This document shows, one piece after another, positions 18,275-28,028 of a stretch of DNA of 64,000 bases. Under the pieces are notes generated by a model that was given only the letters and a program-made list of their open reading frames with translations, made no database searches and was not told the DNA's origin. Position numbers and translations under genes: made by a program. The stretch is from Candidatus Saccharimonadales bacterium (GTDB lineage Bacteria; Patescibacteriota; Saccharimonadia; Saccharimonadales; UBA7683). Numbering within the stretch: position 1 is the stretch's first letter; every line of letters starts with the position of its first letter. The stretch lies in NCBI GenBank assembly GCA_046350615.1, contig JAXMAA010000001.1, positions 200,480-264,479 of the forward strand, read 5' to 3'.

Positions 18275-19345
18275 CTAGCCTCTCATCAACCGTTCAAATT
18301 CTTCAAGATCAACCGCAAAAGTACGAGCCTCATCATAGGTAATCGTACCAGCCTTTATTAAAGCCACGAGCGTTCGGTCCATAGATTGCATGCCTTTATC
18401 GGCGCCAGTCTGAATTACGGCATCAAGCTGATGACTCTTACCTTCACGAATAATGTTGCGCACCGCAGGGTTTGCAATTAAAACCTCGGCTGCCGCAACA
18501 CGACCACCACCAATGGCTGGAACCAATCGCTGAGAACAGATAGCCATCAAGATATTTGCCAGCTGCGAACGAATCTGCGGCTGCTGATGCGGTGGAAAGA
18601 CATCAATCATACGATCAATCGACTGAGCAGCCGAGTTGGTATGGAGCGTTGCAAACACCAGGTGACCAGTTTCGGCAATGGTAATAGCGGCTGCAATAGT
18701 TTCAAGATCGCGCATTTCGCCAATCAGGACAACATCGGGATCTTGACGTAAACTTGAGCGCAGCGCGGCAGAAAAACTGTACGTATCATAATGTACCTCG
18801 CGCTGTACAACCACCGATTTTTTAGAAGTATGGGTATATTCAATTGGATCCTCAATGGTAATGATATGCTCAGCTCGCTCTTGGTTGATTTTATCTATCA
18901 AGCCAGCGAGCGTTGTTGATTTACCAGATCCAGTTGGGCCAGTTATTAATACCAATCCTCGCGGAAAATCCGCAAAACTATTGACCACAGCAGGCAAGCC
19001 AAGGTTGTCGGTACTTAAAATCTGATTTGGAATCAACCGCAGTGCCGCTGCGACATTCCCCCGCTCGTGATAGGCGTTCACACGGAACCTACCAAGATCG
19101 CCAAAGGCAAACGAGAAATCGAACTCTTTATCTTTGAGCAAAATCTGCTTCTGATCGGCATCAAGAATTGAAAATACCAGTTGCTCAACCTGTGCCTCTG
19201 TTAAAACTGTAGATCCAGTCGCAGGCGCAAGCTTGCCATCAACACGAATCATAGCAGGCAACCCAACCTGCAAATGAAGGTCAGATGCCTTCTTGGTGAT
19301 CACCTGCTCAAGCAAGGTTTCAATTCTCAGTGCTGCTGTTGTCAT
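18275..19345 (-). CDS. pilT: twitching-motility retraction ATPase
   Basis: Walker A GPTGSGKST, Asp/His boxes, and the PilT signature AVRNIIREGK. 356 aa. Confidence 0.9.
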   Translation of the reverse strand: MTTAALRIETLLEQVITKKASDLHLQVGLPAMIRVDGKLAPATGSTVLTEAQVEQLVFSILDADQKQILLKDKEFDFSFAFGDLGRFRVNAYHERGNVAAALRLIPNQILSTDNLGLPAVVNSFADFPRGLVLITGPTGSGKSTTLAGLIDKINQERAEHIITIEDPIEYTHTSKKSVVVQREVHYDTYSFSAALRSSLRQDPDVVLIGEMRDLETIAAAITIAETGHLVFATLHTNSAAQSIDRMIDVFPPHQQPQIRSQLANILMAICSQRLVPAIGGGRVAAAEVLIANPAVRNIIREGKSHQLDAVIQTGADKGMQSMDRTLVALIKAGTITYDEARTFAVDLEEFERLMRG

Positions 19346-19357
19346 CCCACCTCCTGT

Positions 19358-21175
19358 TTAGGCATTATCCGTCGCCGTTACGCGATTCACCTCTTCAAGT
19401 GTTGTGATACCAGAAATTGCTTTTAGGTATCCATCTTCGCGCATCGTAACCGTTCCTTGCTCAACCGCTTTTGATTGAATCTCATTCGCGGTAGCTCTGT
19501 TTAAGATCATTGATTCAATTACATCGTTGACGTCAATCACCTCATAGAGCCCAACTCGCCCCTTATACCCACCAGGTGTAAGCGACGTGTCTTTGCCTCT
19601 GTATAAAGTATAAGCGTTTTGGGTCATAACAGGCAAGCTCTTATAGCCAAGTTGCTGGCTAACACTACTTACATCTGCTGATTTCTGGGGCAACAAACGG
19701 CCAACATTATCATTTATGGCTTGTATTTCAGTTTTATCGGCTTGATAACTCGATTTGTTTTCAGCCACTCGACGAACAAGACGCTGGCCGATAATTGTAT
19801 TAACCGTTGAGGCAATCAGGTACGGCTCAATCCCCATATCAAGTAGTCGTGGCAACACACCGGCCGCAGAGTTTGTGTGCAGGGTTGAGAATACCAAGTG
19901 ACCCGTTAAAGCCGCCTGCACCGCAAGCTCGGCTGTTTCTTTGTCGCGAATTTCTCCCACCAGCACCACATCTGGGTCTTGGCGCAAGATTGAACGAAGC
20001 CCCGTAGCAAATGTTAGCCCGACCTCAGGATGCACTTGAATTTGATTAACGCCGCTCATCTTATATTCAACCGGATCTTCAAGCGTAACAATATTAATAC
20101 TATCGCTCTTGATCTCTTCAATCAGTGCATAGAGGCTTGTCGACTTACCAGAGCCTGTTGGCCCAGCGGTGAGTATCATGCCGTGTGGTTTTTGTAAGCC
20201 CTTCCTGATTGCCTCCAGACTACGGCCCGCGTAGCCGAGATCTTCAAGCTTAAAGCTCGTGGCGCTTTTATCAAGGATACGTATAATTACTTGCTCCCCC
20301 CAAACCACTGGCGAGATAGCAATACGAAGGTCGGCATCTTGCTTACCAATACGAACGGTAAACTGACCATCCTGCGGAATACGATGCTCATCGATTTTAA
20401 GGTTGGAAAGGATTTTAACTCTCGAGATTAATGCCGGCTCAATCGATTTTGGCAACTTCATGATTTCTCGCAGGACGCCGTCAATACGACACCGAATGCG
20501 CAAACTTTCTTCAAGCGGCTCAATATGAATATCCGAAGCCCGAGAACGCACAGCATATTCAAGAATGGTACTCAGCGCACGACTAATGGGAGAATCTTGA
20601 ACAATTGTTTTAATTTCATCTTTTTCTTGCTTCTTCGACTTATTGCCGCCTAGCACTGCCTGCAGCGAATCCTCGTCAGTAGCTTCGGTTTCATTGGCGG
20701 AATTGATAGCCTCACTCACACCTTTCTGCAGATCAGTATTGTACTGTTCGAGCACATGCCGAACACCCTCTTCTGAGGCCATATAGACTTTAAGTGGCCG
20801 ACCAATTTTATTTGAAAGGAAATCAACTGCCTGCACATTATTAGGGTCAAGCATTGCAATTGCAAGTCGGTTTTCCATCTCGCCGAGAGGCACTGCCATA
20901 AAACGCTCGGCTACATCTCGGCTCAACAAATTAAGAATATTCGGGCTTACCCTAGATGCCACCAAGTTAACATACGGGATACCAAGTACCTGAGAGGTGA
21001 CTTTGGTAAATTGCTCACTCGTAATGTGGTTATTCTGCAATAAAAAGCTCAAAAACGGCATCTTTTGCGCCATTGCCTCAGCCTTAAAAGTCTCTATCTG
21101 GTCTTGAGAGAGCAGCTTGCTAGAAACAAGAAGTGCCTCGAGTTTTTTCTGGTTTTCTTCAAGAAGAACGCTCAC
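19358..21175 (-). CDS. pilB: type IV pilus assembly ATPase (GspE/PilB family)
   Basis: 605 aa. N-terminal GSPII domains, Walker A GPTGSGKST, Walker B/Asp box VVLVGEIRD, His box TGHLVFSTLHTN. Confidence 0.9.
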   Translation of the reverse strand: MSVLLEENQKKLEALLVSSKLLSQDQIETFKAEAMAQKMPFLSFLLQNNHITSEQFTKVTSQVLGIPYVNLVASRVSPNILNLLSRDVAERFMAVPLGEMENRLAIAMLDPNNVQAVDFLSNKIGRPLKVYMASEEGVRHVLEQYNTDLQKGVSEAINSANETEATDEDSLQAVLGGNKSKKQEKDEIKTIVQDSPISRALSTILEYAVRSRASDIHIEPLEESLRIRCRIDGVLREIMKLPKSIEPALISRVKILSNLKIDEHRIPQDGQFTVRIGKQDADLRIAISPVVWGEQVIIRILDKSATSFKLEDLGYAGRSLEAIRKGLQKPHGMILTAGPTGSGKSTSLYALIEEIKSDSINIVTLEDPVEYKMSGVNQIQVHPEVGLTFATGLRSILRQDPDVVLVGEIRDKETAELAVQAALTGHLVFSTLHTNSAAGVLPRLLDMGIEPYLIASTVNTIIGQRLVRRVAENKSSYQADKTEIQAINDNVGRLLPQKSADVSSVSQQLGYKSLPVMTQNAYTLYRGKDTSLTPGGYKGRVGLYEVIDVNDVIESMILNRATANEIQSKAVEQGTVTMREDGYLKAISGITTLEEVNRVTATDNA

Positions 21176-21189
21176 CCGTTCATCCTCGC

Positions 21190-21432
21190 TTAATTAGAAA
21201 ACGGCTGATCAGTCGCCTGGCCGTTGCCATTAATGGTTACTGTTGGGTCAATTGCTTGGTCGTTGAAAACTCTGGCATCAGGTGTTGGGAAGCTCGGGGC
21301 AATAGTAGTAATTTGTTCAACCTGCACTGGATTATTTTTTGGCTGGCCTATCACCGCATTGGCAATAAAGTACGAGATCACACCGGTGACCGCAACAATA
21401 AGCACTATCGCTGCAATATCATTCTGCTTCAT
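21190..21432 (-). CDS. small membrane-anchored protein in the pil operon (PilP-position, unassigned)
   Basis: 80 aa, single N-terminal TM helix, 4-nt overlap with the upstream pilO-like gene. Confidence 0.5.
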   Translation of the reverse strand: MKQNDIAAIVLIVAVTGVISYFIANAVIGQPKNNPVQVEQITTIAPSFPTPDARVFNDQAIDPTVTINGNGQATDQPFSN

Positions 21433-22070
21433 CGTACCTCCATTTTAGTTACATCAAATGAACGGGCTGGCTGATAGTACGTTACCCCTTGAATTTGAGC
21501 CTCTAAGGATTCGTTACTTCCAGAAAATGTCACACTATTAACTTGTATTGGTCGGATACTTCGTTCCAAATTGGCCATAAACTTTTTAATAGATTCGTAT
21601 GAGCCACTGACCTGTAATGTAATTGGGATCTCAACCGGCTGAGAGACTGGTGATGATGTCAGCGCATCTGCAGAAGTATCTTGCCCAGCACTACCACTAA
21701 ACTTGACCCCCGAGGTAATTGCAATCGAGTTAAGTGACGTTGTAAGGGCTGCGTAATCGTATACCGGCGGAAGTGCGTGAAGAATGGTGTTTGCATTCGT
21801 TGTAGCACTACTATCGAGCGCCGAGAACTGTTCGGTCAGTTTATCAAGATTTTGAACATTGCTATTTACGTCATTGCGAGCTTTCGTTTTGGCTGCTATC
21901 ACACGATCGTTATAACTTTTTTTATTCCACATAAACCGTGCCGATATCAAACTAAACATAACAATCACTGCACCAACCGCTACTGCAGCGAAAACAACAC
22001 TGTTGGCTCGTTCCACCTGCTCGCGCTTGCTCTTTTTCTTCATCAACATGCTCATTCTATTGCCCCCCAC
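21429..22070 (-). CDS. pilO: PilO-like pilus alignment protein
   Basis: Basic N-terminus, one TM helix, coiled-coil then an alpha/beta domain. Position between pilN and pilB. Confidence 0.6.
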   Translation of the reverse strand: MGGNRMSMLMKKKSKREQVERANSVVFAAVAVGAVIVMFSLISARFMWNKKSYNDRVIAAKTKARNDVNSNVQNLDKLTEQFSALDSSATTNANTILHALPPVYDYAALTTSLNSIAITSGVKFSGSAGQDTSADALTSSPVSQPVEIPITLQVSGSYESIKKFMANLERSIRPIQVNSVTFSGSNESLEAQIQGVTYYQPARSFDVTKMEVR

Positions 22071-22755
22071 TTACTGGTGCTGCTCCAAAAGGCTGGGCAC
22101 TCGGCAGTAATAACTTTTCTGAGGCCGCATCAACTGTTAACTTGCCTTCGCTGACGCCCTCATTAAACAAAGCGGGATCTACGCTAAACGTAAGCTGAAA
22201 GGCAACACTGCGCGTAGTATCGGTCTGGTCAGACTTGCCAAGGCTCGTAAAGACAATGCGTGAAAATGGTTGTACCTTAGATTCGTTATCGCCTTGTTTG
22301 TATGTAAACATGGCGCTCTTGAGATTATTAGTAAGTTCACTTGTTTGCTCAAAAGTGTTAGCCTGTCCGGTAAGCGAGACTGTATTGGCGGTAAGATCAA
22401 GCCGAACCTCGCCATAATTTACTGATTGCGGAGTTACGCTTGTTAAATAAGTAAACAGTCTGGAGGTGAGCAGTTTTTTATCTTGTAGTGCCGGAATCTG
22501 CTCAAGAACTCCTTGCACAGTAACTATCTTAACGGCGTCTTGCTTGCCTTTTAGTTCGTTGAGCCCACTGTCGATATCACGCTGAAGATTTGCCCTGTGA
22601 CGCGGCTGAACAACCTGTACATAGAGGAACAGAATTGCTAATACCACCACAGAAATAAGTGAGAGCAGTACAGAAGCAACAACTACAAGATGCTTGGTTT
22701 GCTGCGCTCGCAGATACTCCTGTTTGACATCTGGCAGAAGATTAATTTGGATCAT
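22057..22755 (-). CDS. pilN: PilN-like fimbrial assembly protein
   Basis: N-terminal MIQINLLPDVKQE (INLLP motif) followed by a TM helix. Confidence 0.75.
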   Translation of the reverse strand: MIQINLLPDVKQEYLRAQQTKHLVVVASVLLSLISVVVLAILFLYVQVVQPRHRANLQRDIDSGLNELKGKQDAVKIVTVQGVLEQIPALQDKKLLTSRLFTYLTSVTPQSVNYGEVRLDLTANTVSLTGQANTFEQTSELTNNLKSAMFTYKQGDNESKVQPFSRIVFTSLGKSDQTDTTRSVAFQLTFSVDPALFNEGVSEGKLTVDAASEKLLLPSAQPFGAAPVSGGQ

Positions 22756-23801
22756 AGACCACTCCTAAGCGCTAAACCAACCGCAACCGCAAACTGGTGG
22801 TTTATACCCATAAGCTGTTCGTGCACCGAGTTGCTATAGCTCACATGCTGCCAGCTATTGCCCGGCTGTACCGGTAAATTACCACTCGCCGCTGAAATAT
22901 ACTGATGAAATCCTGGTAAAAGTGCGGCACTCCCTGAAGTAAGTATCTGCCCAATACTGGTATTCGTATAGCGTGACGTGAAAAATTGCAGCGATTTTTT
23001 AACTTCAGAACTAATCAACTCTGCGGTTGATTCAAGCGCTCGAGATATTTGACCCTCTAATCTTGTATTGTCCAAACCAAATTTGTACACAAACTGACGT
23101 GCCTGATTTTCCTCAACGCTCAGTGATTGCATAACCGATTTCACCAACGCCTGCGCCCCAGTAGGAATTGAGCGCACTAATCTCGGAGCGCCGTTAAAAA
23201 TAACGATGATATCGGTAGCAAACTCACCAATATCAACCACGAGCTGTGCAGCAGCGCCACCGGTTGTGAGTGAACGTGCAATCGCCAGAGCATCTGGCTC
23301 CAGGCCAATCACATTCAGCCCAAGTGATTCCAGCATCTCTAGACGCTTCTCAACAAAAGTATTGCTCACACTTGCCAGTAGTACTTCACTTTTATCTGGA
23401 CTACTAGGCGAATCTCCTAAAATTGACCAATCAAGCTTCGCCTCGTCAATGCTCATAGGAATGAACTGGTCGGCCTGGTACTTAATAGTACTTTCCATCT
23501 CTTGGCTGGAAAGTTTTGGCATATCAACAATCGTTACAAACGTCTTACCTGAGGGCAAACCGGCCACAACATTCTTGGTGCCAATACCAACATCTGCCAG
23601 CAGACCGGCAACTGCTTCGGTGACCTTTGCTTGATCCGCAGGAGCATCAGAAAGAGAGATTTTTGGATCTATCGGAGTTGCGCCGTAGCGAACGAGCGTA
23701 TGATTATTACCTCCACCATGAAGCTGCAGTGCGCGTATGCCAGAACTACCAATATCAAGTGCGAAAAAGTCGCCCACCACATTAAAAATCGAACCTTTCA
23801 T
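22752..23801 (-). CDS. pilM: PilM, actin-like ATPase of the pilus alignment complex
   Basis: FALDIGSSGIRALQL and VVDIGEFATDIIV phosphate-binding motifs. 349 aa. 4-nt overlap with pilN. Confidence 0.85.
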   Translation of the reverse strand: MKGSIFNVVGDFFALDIGSSGIRALQLHGGGNNHTLVRYGATPIDPKISLSDAPADQAKVTEAVAGLLADVGIGTKNVVAGLPSGKTFVTIVDMPKLSSQEMESTIKYQADQFIPMSIDEAKLDWSILGDSPSSPDKSEVLLASVSNTFVEKRLEMLESLGLNVIGLEPDALAIARSLTTGGAAAQLVVDIGEFATDIIVIFNGAPRLVRSIPTGAQALVKSVMQSLSVEENQARQFVYKFGLDNTRLEGQISRALESTAELISSEVKKSLQFFTSRYTNTSIGQILTSGSAALLPGFHQYISAASGNLPVQPGNSWQHVSYSNSVHEQLMGINHQFAVAVGLALRSGL

Positions 23802-23862
23802 ACTTGGTTTAAGTGTACCATAAGCATTTTCGAGATACCAGAGAAAACGACTGGTTTGTAGA

Positions 23863-24000
23863 GAGCAGATAACAGCAAATAGATAATAGAGGGTAGACCT
23901 GAGACAATATACACAAAGGCTGTCATCTCGACCTTGTGGAGAGATCTATTCTCGGTTGGCACAAACCCTCCCCTCCGTCATCCTGCACTTGCTTCAGGAT
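23863..24000. repeat. pil inverted-repeat arm B (138 bp)
   Basis: See arm A. Starts 61 nt upstream of the pilM start codon. Confidence 0.95.
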
Positions 24001-24536
24001 GACAACAGACAATAGGTTAATTCAGTTTTGAGGTTTAGACCCAATGAACTCGAATCTCAAAGCCTCCCCGTTCGTCATTCCCGTACTCGATCAAAGTCGA
24101 GCATAAACTCCGGCGTGAATCTAGTTCTAGTACTGGATCCCAGCCTTCGCTGGGATGACGCTGCATAGATTTTAAGATTTGGGTCCAATGAACCCCAATC
24201 ACGAAGACCACTCTGTCATCCCGACCGAAGTGGAGGGATCTAGTAAACCCCGTAGCAGATATAGGTAGATCTTTCCTCCTTCGCTGAAGCTACGGTGGGC
24301 AGGTCGACTATGTTTATGCTCGACTTTGATCGAGTACTTAAGATGATGAGTAAGGGGGTATTTGTTTTGTGATTGGGGTTTGTAATATTTGACAAAGCTT
24401 ATGTTTATTGCTATACTTGATTTATTGCTTTGCTCGGTATGGGCAAAAACAGATAAACAGATCTCTCCACAAGGTCGAGATGACGGCACATGTAGTCTAT
24501 GTCTTAATCTAAGGACTAAGGTCTGAGATCTAAGCA
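24001..24536. repeat. dense nest of hairpin units and short inverted/direct repeats (non-coding)
   Basis: Units at 24135-24159, 24215-24240 and 24459-24485. 26-bp inverted pair 24083-24108 / 24312-24337. Direct repeat gacccaatgaac.c.aatc at about 24037 and about 24182. The ORF 24199-24537 is translated repeat DNA. Confidence 0.8.
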
Positions 24537-27500
24537 CTAATACACCGGTGGCAGCTCAACAGTTGAGACGGAGTTGCTGACACTTTGGTCTGCATTCATA
24601 TTAAAACGACCCACGTAGCCTTCTGGACTGAAGTTTACGTATTCTGCAGCACACCCCGAAGCTCCGTTGGTGTAATGACAACCTGCATCGAAAACACCGC
24701 CAGCCTTATCCCCGACTGTACCCTGCGTGCCTTTCCATAGCACTCTGCGGGCCGTAAGCGAACCGTTCACAACAAGTCTGCGATTACAGGAGTCTAGTGT
24801 TAAGGCTGCGCCCCATGCACCGTTTGCACCAGTGCCACTACAGGTATCTATCATTCCATCACTGGCACTGCGCGGATAGGCAACAAACTGTCCATCAATC
24901 TGAGAAACAGCCTTATCTATGTAAATATTGTCTGCGATAATCTTTAAATACGGAATTTGGTTAGATGCTGTAGAGCCAGCATAGGCAATATTACCTTTAA
25001 TAGTTACTGAACCATCTACTATCAGCGTCTTGGCGCCAGTAAGATTAGTAGTACCATCAAGCACCAGATCACCAGAAACATATATATCACCGCTCAATGA
25101 AAGCCCGCCAAGCAAGCTAAACTCTGCCGTTGTTAAAGGCCTTGTCATACGCCATCCGTTGTTCAAGGCACGCTTCTTCAATTGTTCAAGCTGAAGATCG
25201 ATACATGGAATAGCGGCCTCATTGCCTCCATAGAAATCACCTGCTGATTCTACCGGTTTGCCGGTGAGAACGTTAGCAAAAAGCAAATCCTTCTTGAGAT
25301 CGCGTAGGTACCCACTGTTGGCCAGGAATGTATTCTGCTCCGATCCGCCAATACTTCCACTGGCATATGTTGCGTATTGACCCCCAGAACTACCCCAGCT
25401 GTCTTTATTCTCCAAAAACCCATTAGTTTGTACTTTTGCTGCCTTAGCACTCGCTGTAGGAGAACATATGCCACTACTATCAACAAATGCCTCCCCGCTA
25501 ACAACATCTGAGCCATCAATTTTAAGGTAAGGACGATTAGCAGGGATCTCTTCGTCAACTGAAACTGTTACTGTACAAGTCCAGTCATGGTCGTTAGGAA
25601 ATCTTTTAATCATAATCTCGCATGCGCTAGCATTTGAGTCATTCATAATGCTTTGTTCGTATTCGTCAAGCGTTTTAGTATACGCATCTATGAATGTTTG
25701 TATATGCCGCGCGTACATTGTATTTGATTCAGAGTTTTGATAACCGTTATCCCAACCACTTTGTAGGCCTTCTAGGAATTGAACGAGAGTCATTGTGCCA
25801 GCATAGCCACTAGGGTAAGAGTTATGGAAGTATTTGTGATTATTGGTTGGCATTTCTGTTTGGGTCAGTGTGGGCATTGGCCACTTTTCGCTATCACTAA
25901 AGTTTGAATATGGAAGCGCGATAAGCATATTTGTCATCTTATCAACATCGCTCGCGATACTTCGCGGATTTTGAGCATTAGGTCGACCTTGAGTAACAAG
26001 CCAGAATTGATTAGTCCAGAAAGGATACGCCTGAATGGAGCCCTGATTGCCTCGAGTAAAATTGGCGCGAGCATTCTTAATATTCTGCAGTTCCGACCTT
26101 ACGGCGCCTATTTTCTCCCTTAGAGTATTTACATTGTCTGGATTCCGAATGTAATCCCTAAAAGCCAGTGCCTGTTGCTGCGCATAGCCCTGTTGATGCA
26201 CTCTATAAGTAGTAGTTTTTTCAGGAGCAACTGTGAGTGAGAATACTCCATCACCCTTTAAAAGCAACGATCCATTACTTGCTACAGTGTTTAAACTTCG
26301 CTCAGGTGATGCTGCGTTAATTGTTGGACCAAGCGTTGCATTTGGCTCGCCAGTTTTATCAATCGGATAATCACCATCTTCACGCCCAACCTGGAATGAG
26401 ACCACACCATTGCCGTTGCTCCAGCGATTGGCGGGCAGCTGCCATTTTAAGGCTATGCTCTGGCCTCGCTTAATCTCGACTGTTCTTCTCCACTGGGCGC
26501 CACTACCGATTGAAATACCGGGTGTCAGAAGAGAGCACATCCGTTTTTGCGCGCAAGGTTCACCGAATGGCACATACGAACCATCTTCGCAGCGAGTTTG
26601 GGGCGAACAATCAATGCCTAAAGTTTGACAATTATCAAAAGTTCCGCAGCCAGTCCCGGTGCAGCAGTTGCTGCCGGTGCAGCCACCACCCCCTCCGCCA
26701 CCACCCGTTGTATTAGGCTCGATAGTTACTGAACAAGTTCTCACACGCCTCTGTCCACCACTTTCTGTGATCTTTAGCGTATACGTACTACTTTTAGTTG
26801 AAGATGGTGATATTGGGCTATTGCTTCCACTTAATCCAGTTTTGACACCAGTGGAAACGCTACTGGTAACCTCACCACTCCAGCCTGTTGTGACACCACT
26901 GGACCATGTAAGGTAATATTTTATATCAGGAGCTTTTCCGGTCGAGCTCCATGAGATAGAACATACGGCATCAGGATCTTCTTGCTGCTGAGGAGGCGGA
27001 TCTTTCTTATATTTGAAAGTTACCGTCATGCTTCCATTATTCATCCAGGTTCCAGTTGTTTCTTGAGAACTATATTTATAACCACTCACATTTGGTGCCC
27101 AAAATGCCCAACTTTGACCAACGCAGTCAAGGCCAATCGACCCAACGCCCCAGATAGTTTTAGTAACAGTTTGCCAACCCGAATCCCCAGTAATTGTATA
27201 TCCGTTATTCCGATAGTCATTAGGGTCACATGTGTCCATGTCGCGCGTAGCAGATGCCGCGAAAGAACCAGCCACTCCCGCCAAAGAGGCCCCCGTATCA
27301 ATATCCACAGCTCTAAATGTATAGGCAACTGGCACCTGATGACTTGCACATGGTACGCTTCCAGCCGCATATGCAGCCTGTGCGTGAAAAGGGTTCAAAT
27401 ACTTAGTGATAGAGCTAACTCTACTCAGCACGGCCTTAAGTAAAGATTGCTTTTCGCCTTGTTTCGAGCGAGGTTTGCCGGCATTTTCGCGGGCTTTATT

Positions 27501-28028
27501 CAAAAAATCATCCCAGCTTTGATACTCACCGCCGCTCATGCTCTCAAGCCGAGCCAACACAGATCTTCCGCCAGCAAGCCTCTCAATACCTATCACCTGC
27601 CCTTTTTTTGTAGCCTTAGCAAAAAAGTCTCTATCATCCACGCCACCGCCGTAAGGCGTTTTGCTGTACGTTATTTCGTACGGGTTCTCAGATTGCACAA
27701 TTGTTGGCGCACCTTGGGCAACAGTGAATGCACGTTCTGTCTGCTCTCCGTTACTGACATCCGAAAACTCTGCAAGCTTCTGAATTTCGGCAAATGGAAC
27801 GCCGGATTCCAGTTTATCCTTAAATGTTGCACGTAGAGCCTCCTCGCGCGCTGCAATTTCTTGTTCAAAATTGCCAGATCCACTGCCCTCAACTCTACCC
27901 CGAACCATGTCCCATCTAACGTACGCAACAGTAAATGTCTTACGTGCAATCAGGCTCTCTTCAAGTTTGGTCTTTAAATATTCGGTAGTACGATGCATGC
28001 GTATATACATCTTCCTCACTCCAGCCAT
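24537..28028 (-). CDS. giant surface/secreted protein B (1163 aa) sharing a C-terminal domain with 28562-31822
   Basis: Long clean ORF. Cys-bounded beta-rich module, G8/Cys-rich linker (TTGGGGGGGGCTGSNCCTGTGC). Last ~340 aa are homologous to the neighbour and end VSTVELPPVY. No signal peptide of its own. Confidence 0.75.
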   Translation of the reverse strand: MAGVRKMYIRMHRTTEYLKTKLEESLIARKTFTVAYVRWDMVRGRVEGSGSGNFEQEIAAREEALRATFKDKLESGVPFAEIQKLAEFSDVSNGEQTERAFTVAQGAPTIVQSENPYEITYSKTPYGGGVDDRDFFAKATKKGQVIGIERLAGGRSVLARLESMSGGEYQSWDDFLNKARENAGKPRSKQGEKQSLLKAVLSRVSSITKYLNPFHAQAAYAAGSVPCASHQVPVAYTFRAVDIDTGASLAGVAGSFAASATRDMDTCDPNDYRNNGYTITGDSGWQTVTKTIWGVGSIGLDCVGQSWAFWAPNVSGYKYSSQETTGTWMNNGSMTVTFKYKKDPPPQQQEDPDAVCSISWSSTGKAPDIKYYLTWSSGVTTGWSGEVTSSVSTGVKTGLSGSNSPISPSSTKSSTYTLKITESGGQRRVRTCSVTIEPNTTGGGGGGGGCTGSNCCTGTGCGTFDNCQTLGIDCSPQTRCEDGSYVPFGEPCAQKRMCSLLTPGISIGSGAQWRRTVEIKRGQSIALKWQLPANRWSNGNGVVSFQVGREDGDYPIDKTGEPNATLGPTINAASPERSLNTVASNGSLLLKGDGVFSLTVAPEKTTTYRVHQQGYAQQQALAFRDYIRNPDNVNTLREKIGAVRSELQNIKNARANFTRGNQGSIQAYPFWTNQFWLVTQGRPNAQNPRSIASDVDKMTNMLIALPYSNFSDSEKWPMPTLTQTEMPTNNHKYFHNSYPSGYAGTMTLVQFLEGLQSGWDNGYQNSESNTMYARHIQTFIDAYTKTLDEYEQSIMNDSNASACEIMIKRFPNDHDWTCTVTVSVDEEIPANRPYLKIDGSDVVSGEAFVDSSGICSPTASAKAAKVQTNGFLENKDSWGSSGGQYATYASGSIGGSEQNTFLANSGYLRDLKKDLLFANVLTGKPVESAGDFYGGNEAAIPCIDLQLEQLKKRALNNGWRMTRPLTTAEFSLLGGLSLSGDIYVSGDLVLDGTTNLTGAKTLIVDGSVTIKGNIAYAGSTASNQIPYLKIIADNIYIDKAVSQIDGQFVAYPRSASDGMIDTCSGTGANGAWGAALTLDSCNRRLVVNGSLTARRVLWKGTQGTVGDKAGGVFDAGCHYTNGASGCAAEYVNFSPEGYVGRFNMNADQSVSNSVSTVELPPVY

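Noticed and set aside
23863-24536. Checked the repeat-dense region (and other repeat clusters) for a CRISPR array
   Set aside because: The units are hairpins of several different sequences in both orientations with irregular spacing. There is no repeat-spacer periodicity and no cas genes in the window.
24199-24537. 112-aa ORF on the minus strand between pilM and the giant gene
   Set aside because: It is entirely made of translated hairpin-repeat units and short inverted repeats, with no start context.
26659-26916. ORF with a PPPPPPPPP run, and the G8 run of protein B considered as a slippage tract
   Set aside because: The poly-Pro ORF is the antisense shadow of the Gly-rich linker. The Gly run is encoded by mixed codons (ggt ggt ggc gga ggg ggt ggt ggc), not a long homopolymer.
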